Assembly (NCBI GenBank): GCA_963772765.1
Contig: CAVYYP010000013.1
Coordinates: 13,377-77,376, forward strand
Source of the DNA: Candidatus Bathyarchaeota archaeon
GTDB lineage: Archaea > Thermoproteota > Bathyarchaeia > Bathyarchaeales > Bathyarchaeaceae
Length of the DNA stretch: 64,000 nt
Reading direction: 5' to 3'
The translations under genes and the position numbers were made by a program. Within the stretch, counting starts at the first letter, position 1, and each line of letters opens with the position of its first letter. Of this stretch, positions 17,436-26,920 are shown in pieces. Below the pieces are notes generated by a model. It was not told the DNA's origin. It did not search any database and saw nothing but the letters and a program-made list of their open reading frames with translations.

Positions 17436-19176
17436 ACTTTCTCACATTCTTCATCAACAATTCAATGTTTGGCGGTTCACTCTTTCCAGCCAATTCAGTA
17501 GAAAACTCTGCAATCTTAGGCAAATACTTGGAGAAAACAGACAAACGCTTCTTCTCCTTAGCTACATGCTCCCTCTTTGCCAAAAATGTCTGCAAACGGC
17601 GAGCAACCTCGCGAATACCATTTAGAATCTCGCTCTTTACCTCAGGCCTGTCTGCAATAAACTCTTTGCCCACAGTCTTATAGGGAACCTTTGTGCTGCA
17701 CAAATGAACCAGAATAGCTATAGGCATACCCGAAGCAACCTTGTATCTTCTCCAGTTTATTGACCGAATAACCCTGACAGAAACATCGCTTGCTTCATCA
17801 TACAAAAGCGGAATCTTGTTAGCAAACCTGTAAACAACAATATCATCCTTCTTGGGAATGTCACCACCATACGCAATGGCAGTCTCCACAATAAACGGGT
17901 GCCCAGCATAAGTAGAAGGCTTTCTCTGGGAAACCGCAATAAACTCAGGCTTTAGCTCCTTAAGAATTCCAGCCCTAAGCAAATCTTCACCCAAAGGAGA
18001 CAAACAACTCGCATCCGGAGGCAGAAAATCAGTATATCTCTTCATCATCCGAACAAGTCGAACAATCTCAGCAGGCTTAAGCTTCCTAGGATTCTTAGTT
18101 CTGACAAGACCAGAAGCAGAAAGCAAACGAAGAATATACACCCGCTCAACTTTCGGAAACATCTTCTGCAAAAATTCGCCCATATCCGCGGCTTTAATTG
18201 TCTTCAACTGAGACTTGATCTGGTCTTCAGCTAGTCTGCCAAAGAATTTCCTGTACTTCTTAGATTTGTTGTTTGTTTCAACAAGTTTAGTGATGTGTTC
18301 AGGTTTTAGGCGTTTTGGGTCAGGTGTTCTTATGAATCCCGCAAAATCTAGAAAGCTCAAAGAAGTGCCTTGACCTACGCGATGGAAATGTTTTCGCATA
18401 AAGTCCAGAAGATTCTTAGAGGATGTGACTCGGATAAGGCGTTGGATTGTCTCGACATCTACGCCGTATGGATGGGCTAATGTTTCTGTTGGCGGGGCAG
18501 GCATCTTTGTTGTTGCCCGATTGAACATGTATAGTCTGCCTTTTGGGTCAACAAACCGTATGTCAGCGTAAGGAGTCAGTAATGCAGTCTGTTTCAGATA
18601 TTCCAGAATCTTGGACATTGCCCTGTAATAGTCGCCTTCCAGAGAATACTCAACAATGGTTCCCCGCCAGTTCTCCTTGTTTCTCCTTGTCTTACGGTCC
18701 AAAACAAGGGGACGGTTCCTCTGGATATCTATCATCATCTTAAACTCGTAAACCTTAGAGCCGCCAGTGCTTGACTTGATAAGAACAGGCTTGTGAGTAG
18801 TAATTTGACCATAAAGAATGGACATTTTTCCACCCAAACCAAAAGTTCCACGCGCCTGCTTCAGCTTATAGTTTGAGCCAAACAAAACCTGACCAAAAGC
18901 AGAAGGAATATGGCGCGCAGCAATCCCTGAACCGTTATCCATGACCATCAAGCGGTACACGCCATTTCCAGAGTCCGATGCAGTGTGGACGCCTTCTTCT
19001 TCAGTCAGCCGCACATATACTTCTGGTGGCACATTAATTTGGTCAGCAGAATCAAGAGAGTTCTCCACTATCTCACGGATAGAAACGAAAACTGCGCGAG
19101 AAGGATTAGTGAAACCTGCAATGTCTCTGTTACGATAGAAAAAGTCTGCGGGGCTAATTTCCTGAAAAGTTACCAA
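17422..19176 (-). CDS. top6B: DNA topoisomerase VI subunit B
   Basis: ..SPADFFYRNRDIAGF..REIVENSLDS..VMDNGSGI..GTFGLGGK.. is the Bergerat ATPase fold, followed by an H2TH region and a transducer domain. It overlaps top6A by 14 nt. Confidence 0.9.
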   Translation of the reverse strand: MVTFQEISPADFFYRNRDIAGFTNPSRAVFVSIREIVENSLDSADQINVPPEVYVRLTEEEGVHTASDSGNGVYRLMVMDNGSGIAARHIPSAFGQVLFGSNYKLKQARGTFGLGGKMSILYGQITTHKPVLIKSSTGGSKVYEFKMMIDIQRNRPLVLDRKTRRNKENWRGTIVEYSLEGDYYRAMSKILEYLKQTALLTPYADIRFVDPKGRLYMFNRATTKMPAPPTETLAHPYGVDVETIQRLIRVTSSKNLLDFMRKHFHRVGQGTSLSFLDFAGFIRTPDPKRLKPEHITKLVETNNKSKKYRKFFGRLAEDQIKSQLKTIKAADMGEFLQKMFPKVERVYILRLLSASGLVRTKNPRKLKPAEIVRLVRMMKRYTDFLPPDASCLSPLGEDLLRAGILKELKPEFIAVSQRKPSTYAGHPFIVETAIAYGGDIPKKDDIVVYRFANKIPLLYDEASDVSVRVIRSINWRRYKVASGMPIAILVHLCSTKVPYKTVGKEFIADRPEVKSEILNGIREVARRLQTFLAKREHVAKEKKRLSVFSKYLPKIAEFSTELAGKSEPPNIELLMKNVRKYETD

Positions 19177-19400
19177 TGCCGATTCGCACCGCCCCTCGAG
19201 ATTTTAGGCTGTGAAAGCACTGTTTTCGATGGTTCTGCGTCGCATCCTCGGTTTTTTTGGCTGAAAACAGCTTCAGAACGGCATTGTATGATATGTAGCA
19301 ACATGGCAGGGTCATTCTTAATTCTGTATGATGGCTATTTCAATGTTTTTGTCAAAAATAAAGATTGCCAATTTTTGCATGTGCAACAGCGTTTTTGGGG

Positions 19401-20003
19401 CTACTCGCGGTATGTTGGTTCCCAGAGCTGAAGCCTCTGTTTTTTGAGTTCTCGGCGCTTCTTGTGCAAGAAACGGTAAACAGTTCCATGCAGACTTCCT
19501 CCAATCAGCATATTCACAGCCTCCCGCGCAATCGATGCCTGATCAGGATAACCGATAATAGAAATGGTGTGACCGTAAACCGAAATGTTTGCTTCACTTA
19601 GCTCTTCGATTATTCTTCGGGTTTTGCCTTCTTTTCCTATGACTCTGCCTTTTAGCCGCTTCAAGTCAGATGGAGACCTGCCAACAATATCTCTAAGCTC
19701 GATTACTTCAAACACAATCTCGTCATCGTCAAGAAGCCTAAAAGCGTGTTCTGGAGCAAAGCCTCTACCTATAGCAGTAACAACTTCTTTAGCCCTGAAC
19801 AGAACCGTTGGATCATCCGCATCTGCAGGAATAGTTATCTGAACAGAACCAGATTCGCTGTCCACATCCAAACATACAGACAGCTTCCGCTCTATAACAT
19901 TCTTTACAGAGCCATCTGGACCAACAAGAGCCCCAATACGTTCTCCCGGAATCTTAACATATGATTTACTTCCTTCCAACTGTAACCTTCCTGTACATTT
20001 CAT
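19401..20003 (-). CDS. KH-domain RNA-binding protein (Dim2/Pno1-like)
   Basis: ..YVKIPGERIGALVGPDGS.. and ..RVIGKEGKTRRIIEELSEANISVYGHTISIIG.. are two KH modules. It follows rio1 as in many archaea. The start is uncertain because it overlaps the rio1 end. Confidence 0.7.
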   Translation of the reverse strand: MKCTGRLQLEGSKSYVKIPGERIGALVGPDGSVKNVIERKLSVCLDVDSESGSVQITIPADADDPTVLFRAKEVVTAIGRGFAPEHAFRLLDDDEIVFEVIELRDIVGRSPSDLKRLKGRVIGKEGKTRRIIEELSEANISVYGHTISIIGYPDQASIAREAVNMLIGGSLHGTVYRFLHKKRRELKKQRLQLWEPTYRE

Positions 20004-20760
20004 CTACTGACATTATGTCTGAAACTTTCCTCTTGAAATACTTATGCAAATTTTCAAGGTCTCTACGCAGAAACTTCTCTGCCATCGGATGCTTAACCAA
20101 AACTGATTGGGCAACATCAAAAATTACTGGCTTATCATTCCAGATCATGACATTATATTCACTAAGATCAGCATGCACCAATCCAGCTTCAACATAGAGT
20201 AGCTTAACATAGTCTAAAAGCATCTCAAAAATCTGGTCAGGGTCTTCAAGAACCACTTCCTTCATTAGTGGTGCACGCTCGCCGTCTTTTCCAATAAAAT
20301 TCATGACAAGAACATTCTTCTGTATAGCCAAAGGCTCAGGAACATTCACTCCTGCTTCTTTTGCGCGCTGCAGATTCTTGTATTCTTTCTGAGCCCAAGT
20401 GTAAATTAAGGAACGTGTATCTCTCTTGACATGAGCAAATCGGGGGTCACCCTCTATGTAGGGAATCATTCCCTTCTTGAAGTCTGCTGAGCTAGTAAGA
20501 TAGATTTTGATTGCCAACTCGTTTCCTTCAGTGTCTTTTCCATAATAGACTCGTGCTTCTTTTCCTGCATTCACAACTCCATGAATCTCGTCAATTATTC
20601 CTTTGTTCATGAAGTCGTAGACGACCATTAGTGTTGATTTGTCAAAAACTTCTTCGATGACTTGGTAATCTTCGCTCCGCTTGTTCTTCATCAAAGACCC
20701 GATTTCGTATGCTTTTTGCTTGCGGCTAAGCCGTTTATCCACTTTATCTCTAAAAGACAC
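19966..20760 (-). CDS. rio1: RIO-type serine/threonine protein kinase (Rio1)
   Basis: ..GVVNAGKEARVYYGKD..LAIKIYLTS..WAQKEYKNLQRA..LVMNFIG..LVHADLSEYNVMI..IFDVAQSV.. are RIO kinase motifs. Confidence 0.85.
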   Translation of the reverse strand: MSFRDKVDKRLSRKQKAYEIGSLMKNKRSEDYQVIEEVFDKSTLMVVYDFMNKGIIDEIHGVVNAGKEARVYYGKDTEGNELAIKIYLTSSADFKKGMIPYIEGDPRFAHVKRDTRSLIYTWAQKEYKNLQRAKEAGVNVPEPLAIQKNVLVMNFIGKDGERAPLMKEVVLEDPDQIFEMLLDYVKLLYVEAGLVHADLSEYNVMIWNDKPVIFDVAQSVLVKHPMAEKFLRRDLENLHKYFKRKVSDIMSVDEMYRKVTVGRK

Positions 20761-20883
20761 AGCTGACCTTCCTACATCCAGTGAAGTATGTTTACCTATT
20801 TAGGTCTCTCTGCAACAGGTTTTTGAGAAGCGCTATTAATTGCTTGTTTAATACTGTTTGTTAGAACGAAAGGTGACCATGAG

Positions 20884-21240
20884 ATGAAGTTTGTTAAGCA
20901 AGAAGAAAAAGAGTGGCTAAAAAGACAGGGATATTCTAAGAAGATTTTGCTTACAGAGGATGACCTGAAATCTAAAGGAAACATTGTTCAGATAGTCAAA
21001 AATGAGGCACACACAGAAATAAAGCCCCACTATCATGAAAAAATGAAGGAAATTTATCATATCTTGGAAGGAAACGCAATTGTCTTCTGCGGTGACACAA
21101 GAGTAAGAGCAAATCCAGGAGACACACTACTTTGTGAACCCAGAGAAGTTCATGGAGTAGTCAATGACACAAACAAAGACTTTGTGTTTGTTGTCTTCAA
21201 AATAGAAGCAAAAGATGACGATATGTACTGGGCAGAATAG
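20884..21240 (+). CDS. cupin domain protein
   Basis: ..EIKPHYHEKMKEIYHILEGNAIVFCGD..ANPGDTLLCEPREVHGVVN.. is the two-motif cupin signature. Confidence 0.7.
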   Translation: MKFVKQEEKEWLKRQGYSKKILLTEDDLKSKGNIVQIVKNEAHTEIKPHYHEKMKEIYHILEGNAIVFCGDTRVRANPGDTLLCEPREVHGVVNDTNKDFVFVVFKIEAKDDDMYWAE

Positions 21241-21241
21241 A

Positions 21242-21550
21242 CTAAATTTTCACTATTTGAGCATGCGGAATTCCGCATATTTCCAAAACCGCTTCGGGGT
21301 GAACAAGACCCTGCTCTATTGCTTTTTTTACGATATTATTTCCGACCATGTTTACTATTGTTGATTCTCTCATCAACTCAATAGCCTCGGCTACAGGCAT
21401 TTTTGGTCCTTTATAGAATTCTTCGCCAATATTGAAAACAATTTTTCCTTCTCGCAGAACCTCGCCTAACAGTTCCTCATCACAGGCTGCAAGAAGCACA
21501 TGTTCTCCGCACTTGGTAAGCTTGGCGTAGACTTCCAAGGTGTAGCCCAC
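21242..21550 (-). CDS. DUF424 family protein
   Basis: (V)GYTLEVYAKLTKCGEHVLLAACDEELLGEVLREGKIVFNIGEEFYKG.. resembles archaeal DUF424. GTG 21548-21550 overlaps the aIF2-beta stop by 1 nt; the ORF-track ATG at 21655 would overlap by 106 nt. Confidence 0.55.
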   Translation of the reverse strand: MGYTLEVYAKLTKCGEHVLLAACDEELLGEVLREGKIVFNIGEEFYKGPKMPVAEAIELMRESTIVNMVGNNIVKKAIEQGLVHPEAVLEICGIPHAQIVKI

Positions 21551-21954
21551 TAAAGTGTTGATATGGATGACCTTGCACCGCAGGCTTCGCAAACAAGAAA
21601 CAGGAAGCGTTTGTCTTTGACGATTTTTGTGTCTGGTCTGGTGCAAACTGGACAAACTACAAACTCTTTGATGTATCTCTGGATGAGCCTCTCAAAGGTG
21701 TCGTTGTAGAATTTTCCTTGAAAGATTGCTCGGTTTCTCTGCATGGTTGCGGCTGTAGCCATTTCTTTTGAAAAGAACTTGAGTACATGACGGGGGTCTC
21801 TGTTAAGGGCGTCACATATGTCTTTGAAGTTCGTGAGGATTGTTCGCATACCATTGATGAAGCTGCGAGGCTGTGGAACCTCAAATCTTTTGTGCTCACG
21901 AATATCTGAAGGAAGCTGCGACTGAGCACGTCCAAGTAATTCTTTATAGTCCAT
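21550..21954 (-). CDS. eif2b: translation initiation factor aIF-2 beta subunit
   Basis: MDYKELLGRAQSQLP...RFEVPQP....TILTNFKDICDALNRDPRHVLKFFSKE..G....CPVCTRPDTKIV...RFLFLVCEACGA is the canonical aIF2-beta with a C-terminal zinc ribbon. Confidence 0.9.
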   Translation of the reverse strand: MDYKELLGRAQSQLPSDIREHKRFEVPQPRSFINGMRTILTNFKDICDALNRDPRHVLKFFSKEMATAATMQRNRAIFQGKFYNDTFERLIQRYIKEFVVCPVCTRPDTKIVKDKRFLFLVCEACGARSSISTL

Positions 21955-22101
21955 CCCTAACGCCTATCCCCTACAGGAGTTTTGCCTTCAATAAAAGCCC
22001 TTCTCTTTTTCACAGCAATAAATTGACGATTAGTTTCTGGGTTTACCACAACGTATATTTAGTTTGCCGAGACTGTTTTTTGTGATATTTGGGGGAAAAT
22101 A

Positions 22102-22350
22102 ATGGGATTTTTCGACAGTGTAATTGCCGTTTTTTCGAAGATTGCCTTCAGGTTCGAGTTTTTGTTTCCCCAATTCATCGGCTATTTCATAGGTCAAAAA
22201 CTGAAGGAATACAAACAGAAGGGCTGGATTGAAGACTATAAAGTCAAATCCAAAAGAAAAGAAAAATACCATTACTTCTTTGACATGGACATATTTCTGA
22301 ACATCGAAGGAGGTGAATTACCGTGGCTGAAGAAAAGAAGGGACACGTAA
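22102..22350 (+). CDS. hypothetical protein
   Basis: 82-aa ORF after a GGGGGA motif. No family recognised. Its 3' end overlaps the next small ORF. Confidence 0.3.
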   Translation: MGFFDSVIAVFSKIAFRFEFLFPQFIGYFIGQKLKEYKQKGWIEDYKVKSKRKEKYHYFFDMDIFLNIEGGELPWLKKRRDT

Positions 22351-22466
22351 AAGTCACCCTAGACTTGGAAATAAACGCTCCACTGATGGAAATGCTAAAA
22401 GAAAGCATGGAAAACGTACCCCACATGGTCCAGATGATGTCAGAACAGATGAAAAAAAAGGAGTGA
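22323..22466 (+). CDS. small hypothetical protein (47 aa, GTG start)
   Basis: GGAGGTGA lies 7-8 nt upstream of GTG 22323. The frame reads (M)AEEKKGHVKVTLDLEINAPLMEMLKESMENVPHMVQMMSEQMKKKE*. It may be the frameshifted tail of 22102-22350. Confidence 0.3.
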   Translation: MAEEKKGHVKVTLDLEINAPLMEMLKESMENVPHMVQMMSEQMKKKE

Positions 22467-22635
22467 TTATTCAACACTCTAAGGTTTTGTTCATCGGGAA
22501 ACCAACTGAACTCGGATGAAGGGCACCCTCTAAATCTGGAAACACAAACAACACCACAACACACCATTTATTTGCATACACAACAGAAAATGCTTAAATC
22601 TTAACTTGACAATCGGGTAATAAGAAAATTTATGG

Positions 22636-22710
22636 GGGCCCGTAGCTCAGTTTGGTTAGAGCGCCAGGCTCATAACCTGGTGGTCGCCGGTTCAAGTCCG
22701 GCCGGGCCCA
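22636..22710 (+). tRNA. tRNA-Met (anticodon CAT, elongator type; could be tRNA-Ile2 if C34 is modified)
   Basis: Hand-folded. Acceptor GGGCCCG/CGGGCCC, D-arm GCTC-AGTTTGGTTA-GAGC, anticodon stem CCAGG/CCTGG with loop CTCATAA, T-arm GCCGG-TTCAAGT-CCGGC, discriminator A. Confidence 0.85.
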
Positions 22711-22785
22711 CCTAAAGGGCTACATTTTCTTTGGTTTGTTTTATTGCATCAATCATATATACAACATGTAAAGACAACTTTATTC

Positions 22786-23721
22786 ATGCCACTGATTATT
22801 GCTGAGGGTCTTTCAAAGAATTACGGTAATGTAGTTGCTGTTGATGACCTGAGTTTGTCACTTGATGAGGGCTCAGTTACGGCGTTGATTGGTCCTAATG
22901 GCGCAGGAAAGACTACGACGATCAAGATGCTTCTTGGTTTGTTGAAGCCTGACAAGGGCACAGTGAAGGTGTTTGACCAGAAGCCTTGGGACAATACTTC
23001 TATTCGGTCTATGATTGGTGTTGTTTATGAGAAGGCGTTTTTTCCTGCTCATCAGAAAACTTTGGAGTATCTTCAGAGGGTTTGCAGAATTTTTGGTGTG
23101 CCCGAGTCTAGGGCTATGGAAGTTTTGGAGCTAGTAAGTTTACAGGATGCGTATGACCGCAAGATTAGGGCGCTTTCTGCTGGGATGCTTCAGAAGTTTG
23201 CTATTGCGCATGCGTTGGTTCATGAGCCCAAGTTGATTGTTGCTGATGAAATGACGGCAAATCTTGATCCTCAGGCGCGTAGTGAGTTGCTGGATTTGGT
23301 TTTGCAGCTCAACAAGAACAGGAAGGTGACGTTTCTTCTTTCATCTCATATTCTGCCCGAGTTGAGCAGGGTTTGTGATTCTGTGGCGATTATTAACAGG
23401 GGCAGGGTTTGGGCTTTTGGAAAACTGTCGGAACTTTATGACAAATACGCCATTGGAATCATCAGAATCTCCACTGACAGCCCAGAACTGCTTGCTGCTG
23501 AGCTTAGAAAATTGAGCTATGTTAAAGATTTGAGGACAGACATAAGGGGAATCTCCGTGCGCGTGGCAGAGGGAAAAGAGGATGAGCTTTATGAGGACAC
23601 TCCCAAACTGGCAAAAAAGGTGAAAGCCAAAATTTTGGGCATAGAAACTGGAAGCGCCTCTCTGGAAGAATTGTACAGGTTAGCAAGCACTTCAAAAAAA
23701 GGAGGCAACACAGTTGGGTAA
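22786..23721 (+). CDS. ABC transporter ATP-binding protein
   Basis: Walker A GPNGAGKTT, signature LSAGMLQK and Walker B LIVADE are present. ATG 22786 was chosen (MPLIIAEGLSKNYG). Confidence 0.85.
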   Translation: MPLIIAEGLSKNYGNVVAVDDLSLSLDEGSVTALIGPNGAGKTTTIKMLLGLLKPDKGTVKVFDQKPWDNTSIRSMIGVVYEKAFFPAHQKTLEYLQRVCRIFGVPESRAMEVLELVSLQDAYDRKIRALSAGMLQKFAIAHALVHEPKLIVADEMTANLDPQARSELLDLVLQLNKNRKVTFLLSSHILPELSRVCDSVAIINRGRVWAFGKLSELYDKYAIGIIRISTDSPELLAAELRKLSYVKDLRTDIRGISVRVAEGKEDELYEDTPKLAKKVKAKILGIETGSASLEELYRLASTSKKGGNTVG

Positions 23722-24520
23722 GGGCAAGCCGTTTCTGGAAGTTTTTGCCTCTGCAGTTCATGAAGACTACCGTTTTCCGTTCCTTGAGATTTTTGCTTTT
23801 CTTTATGCACTTGGAACGTTTGTTTTAGCAAATTTCAGTGCCAGTATTCCAACCCAAATTGCCACAAACGAGGCTGCAGCATATACTGTAACAACATCGC
23901 TTCTTAGCGGTTCTCTTATCGTATTCATTATCGTAGTACTCAAGAACGTTGCTTACGGCTTGGGAAGCGACCTAGAGAAAGGAATAGTTCAAACATACTT
24001 CTCTTACCCGCTCAGAAGATGGAAGATTTTAACCGCAAAACTGCTTTCAGCCATAGGAGTTTCTTTGCTCCTGTTTCTTGGCATCCAGACTTCGGCACTT
24101 TACATTTTGGCTCCAGACATCATTTTGCCGCAAATTGGCACAGTAATTTTGACATACGCTGCAAGCTTGAGTTTTCCCCTCTTTATTTCCGCAATCATGC
24201 TCCTGCTCACACTGATACTGCGAAGAGGCGGCATAGCACTTGTTGTTGGCATCGTCCTGTACTTTTCTATGAGCATAGTTTCTGGATTAGCGTTTGTTTT
24301 TGCGTTTGCAACCGAATCGCCGTTGCCTCTTCAAATCATTTCCATAATTTCCCCAACATATGCGTTGCAGTACCATTATGGTAGTTTGTCAAACTTTTTT
24401 TCAGTATCATGGACTCCGACACTGTCTGAAACCATGCTTTATGTTGGTGCCAGTTATGCAATTGTGGCTTCATTGTTTGTTCTAGGATATGTCTACTTTA
24501 CTAGGAGGCTTAACCTGTGA
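23714..24520 (+). CDS. ABC-2 family permease-like membrane protein
   Basis: 268-aa protein with 6 TM helices, overlapping the ATPase gene by 8 nt. Confidence 0.6.
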   Translation: MGKGKPFLEVFASAVHEDYRFPFLEIFAFLYALGTFVLANFSASIPTQIATNEAAAYTVTTSLLSGSLIVFIIVVLKNVAYGLGSDLEKGIVQTYFSYPLRRWKILTAKLLSAIGVSLLLFLGIQTSALYILAPDIILPQIGTVILTYAASLSFPLFISAIMLLLTLILRRGGIALVVGIVLYFSMSIVSGLAFVFAFATESPLPLQIISIISPTYALQYHYGSLSNFFSVSWTPTLSETMLYVGASYAIVASLFVLGYVYFTRRLNL

Positions 24521-25089
24521 AACGGTGGACAATAATTCTGGGACGTGCAGGCACAACTCTCATTGCAATAAGCTTAGCCCTGCTCCTTGTTTCGGTTATT
24601 CCTCAGCCTCGAATATCCACAAGCTCAGGAAGTGGATACCTGTCTTATGATGCCGTTATTGTTGCCTTTAATCATCCCGACCTTACTCCACAAATGACAC
24701 TAAACGTATCTGTCACTGCTGAGGGAAGCTCTCTTAAAGTCTACATGCTAGAAACCAACCTTAAATTCGATACAACCACTGGAAGATACGGATTCAATTC
24801 AACAGACCTGCAACAGATAGTAGATGAGCATCCTGAACAGGTACTGTGGGAACACACCGTTGAAGGCAGTTACGAAAGGACGTATTCTCCGACAAGAATC
24901 GTGAATGCTACAGTTGTTGTTTACAATCCGACTTCAGAAAATGCCACATTAAATTATGACATAACTTTAACGAGCAGTTTAGCGCCTGAAAACAAAGTTC
25001 AAAACATAGCATACTGGATAGCGCCCATAGGAATCGTGATGGCACTACCGTGGATAATAACCATCTGGATACAGAGAACACACAAATAG
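24517..25089 (+). CDS. hypothetical protein anchored by N- and C-terminal TM helices
   Basis: GTG start overlaps the permease stop by 4 nt. The extracytoplasmic middle is Thr/Asn-rich. Probably an accessory subunit of the ABC system. Confidence 0.5.
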   Translation: MKRWTIILGRAGTTLIAISLALLLVSVIPQPRISTSSGSGYLSYDAVIVAFNHPDLTPQMTLNVSVTAEGSSLKVYMLETNLKFDTTTGRYGFNSTDLQQIVDEHPEQVLWEHTVEGSYERTYSPTRIVNATVVVYNPTSENATLNYDITLTSSLAPENKVQNIAYWIAPIGIVMALPWIITIWIQRTHK

Positions 25090-25126
25090 CATAACCTCAT
25101 TTCCTGAAAAAAGGAAGGAACGTAAC

Positions 25127-26317
25127 GTGAGAAGCGACCTTGACAATATTCTAGCTGAAAATAATGCACAAGCCCTGCTTCTTTACTCGGACAGCCACAG
25201 AGATGCCAACATGTTTTATCTGACAAACTTTCTTGCTCCTGACCCATTCATCTACCTAAAACGAACCGACACAGAGCCGACTATAGTAGTTAGTCAGATG
25301 GAGTATCCCAGAGCCCAAAAACAGTCCATCATCAAAGACGTAAAGTCATACTTTGATTACAATTATCTGAAGGTCATAAAGTCCGCCAAGGAGCTTCAGC
25401 TAGGTGGCATGAAGTTTATAGCAAAAGTTGCAGAAGAAGAGCTGGGAAAGGGAACTAGGATTTGTGTGCCTCCAGATTTTCCTGTGTTTTTGGCTGATGT
25501 GCTACGAAAAGAGGGCTTAATTATTGAGCCGATGCTGGGTGTGGTCGAGAAAGCCAGAGAAACCAAGGACAAACAGGAAGTAGAAACAATCAAAAAGATA
25601 CAGCAAGTCAACGAGAAAGTTACATCTCAAGCCATAGAGATGATAGCAAACTCAGAAGTAGGTGCAAACAAGGTTTTGCTGTATAACGGTGAGCCGTTGA
25701 CTGTTGGAAATGTTAAATCGTTTTTTGGGAGCCAGTTTCTAGAATATGGATGCTTGCCTGAAGAGGACATCATAGTTGCGTGTGGACCAAAATCTTCCGA
25801 CCCCCACTACTTGGGCGAACCTGAAGACAGATTGAAGGCAGACCAGCCTATAATCTTGGATATTTATCCGCGGAGTATCCAGAATCGATACTGGACAGAC
25901 ATGACCCGAACCGTAGTGAAAGGCAAAGCCTCGGGCAAGCTCAAGAAGATGTTTGAGACGGTTTTTGAGGCAAAAAATGCTTCAATGGACGCAATAAGAG
26001 CTGGAGTGGTTGCTGAGGACGTTTATGACATCTGCTGTGACGTACTAGAGAACAGTGGATATGAAACCACAAGGAACGGAAACAGGGTTACTGTAGGAAT
26101 GACTCATGGTCTTGGGCATGGGGTAGGTCTGCAGATACATGAAAGCCCGAGAATAAGCGAATTTTCCTCAAATCCACTGGATGAGCATGTTGTTGTTACA
26201 GTGGAGCCTGGAATATACGACCCATCCATTGGCGGAGTAAGACTGGAAGATACCATTGAGGTTACAAAATCGGGTTACAATAATCTGACAAAAATGGAGA
26301 CCATACTAGAAATTTAA
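25127..26317 (+). CDS. M24 family Xaa-Pro aminopeptidase/dipeptidase
   Basis: ..ILDIYPR...YWTDMTRT..GLGHGVGLQIHESP..VVTVEPGIY..GGVRLEDTI.. are the metal ligands of the pita-bread fold. Confidence 0.85.
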   Translation: MRSDLDNILAENNAQALLLYSDSHRDANMFYLTNFLAPDPFIYLKRTDTEPTIVVSQMEYPRAQKQSIIKDVKSYFDYNYLKVIKSAKELQLGGMKFIAKVAEEELGKGTRICVPPDFPVFLADVLRKEGLIIEPMLGVVEKARETKDKQEVETIKKIQQVNEKVTSQAIEMIANSEVGANKVLLYNGEPLTVGNVKSFFGSQFLEYGCLPEEDIIVACGPKSSDPHYLGEPEDRLKADQPIILDIYPRSIQNRYWTDMTRTVVKGKASGKLKKMFETVFEAKNASMDAIRAGVVAEDVYDICCDVLENSGYETTRNGNRVTVGMTHGLGHGVGLQIHESPRISEFSSNPLDEHVVVTVEPGIYDPSIGGVRLEDTIEVTKSGYNNLTKMETILEI

Positions 26318-26327
26318 AGTTGGCGAT

Positions 26328-26648
26328 TTAGCCTCCGCTCATGAGAGACATCAGCATCACGTTGTCGCCTTCGGACAGTTTGGCGTCTAGTCCTCCGAGT
26401 TGTCCTATGAAGATTCCGTTGATTGTCACGGAGAAGCCTGTTTTGATGTTGCTTACTCCTGGTTCGTAGACTTCTTTTTTGAAGGCTGCGCCGTGAATTC
26501 CTGCCAGCTTGTTTAGCAAATCTGAGAGATGGGCATTATCGTCCATTTCGAGTAGTTCTTCTTTTTTGTTTAGCATGTTTTTGATGTAGCCGAGATATTG
26601 AACTTTAACCTGCAAGTCTATTTCACCTGCCCTTAACCAAACATCCAT
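26328..26648 (-). CDS. MoaD/ThiS-family ubiquitin-like beta-grasp protein ending in Gly-Gly
   Basis: 106 aa with ..INGIFIGQLGGLDAKLSEGDNVMLMSLMSGG* giving a C-terminal GG. It is divergent from the AOR gene. Confidence 0.65.
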   Translation of the reverse strand: MDVWLRAGEIDLQVKVQYLGYIKNMLNKKEELLEMDDNAHLSDLLNKLAGIHGAAFKKEVYEPGVSNIKTGFSVTINGIFIGQLGGLDAKLSEGDNVMLMSLMSGG

Positions 26649-26920
26649 ACAGATGTGTGTTCTGCTATTATTTTGGATTGAATCTTATTTATCAGTTATG
26701 CGTCGGTTATGCGTGCTTTTGCTGTGTGTGAGTGGCTGAAATAGGGGACTGTTTTTCATTAATGATGCGATGTGTATTGGAAAGAACATCGATAAAATAA
26801 ATAAAGTTGGCTCAAAAAACGATTATAATAACGTTTCTGTTGAGGCTAAAAGATAAAGATTAATATTTATCTATCTGATTCACCTATCCTCTCCAAAAGT
26901 TGATCGACGGAGGATTATGA

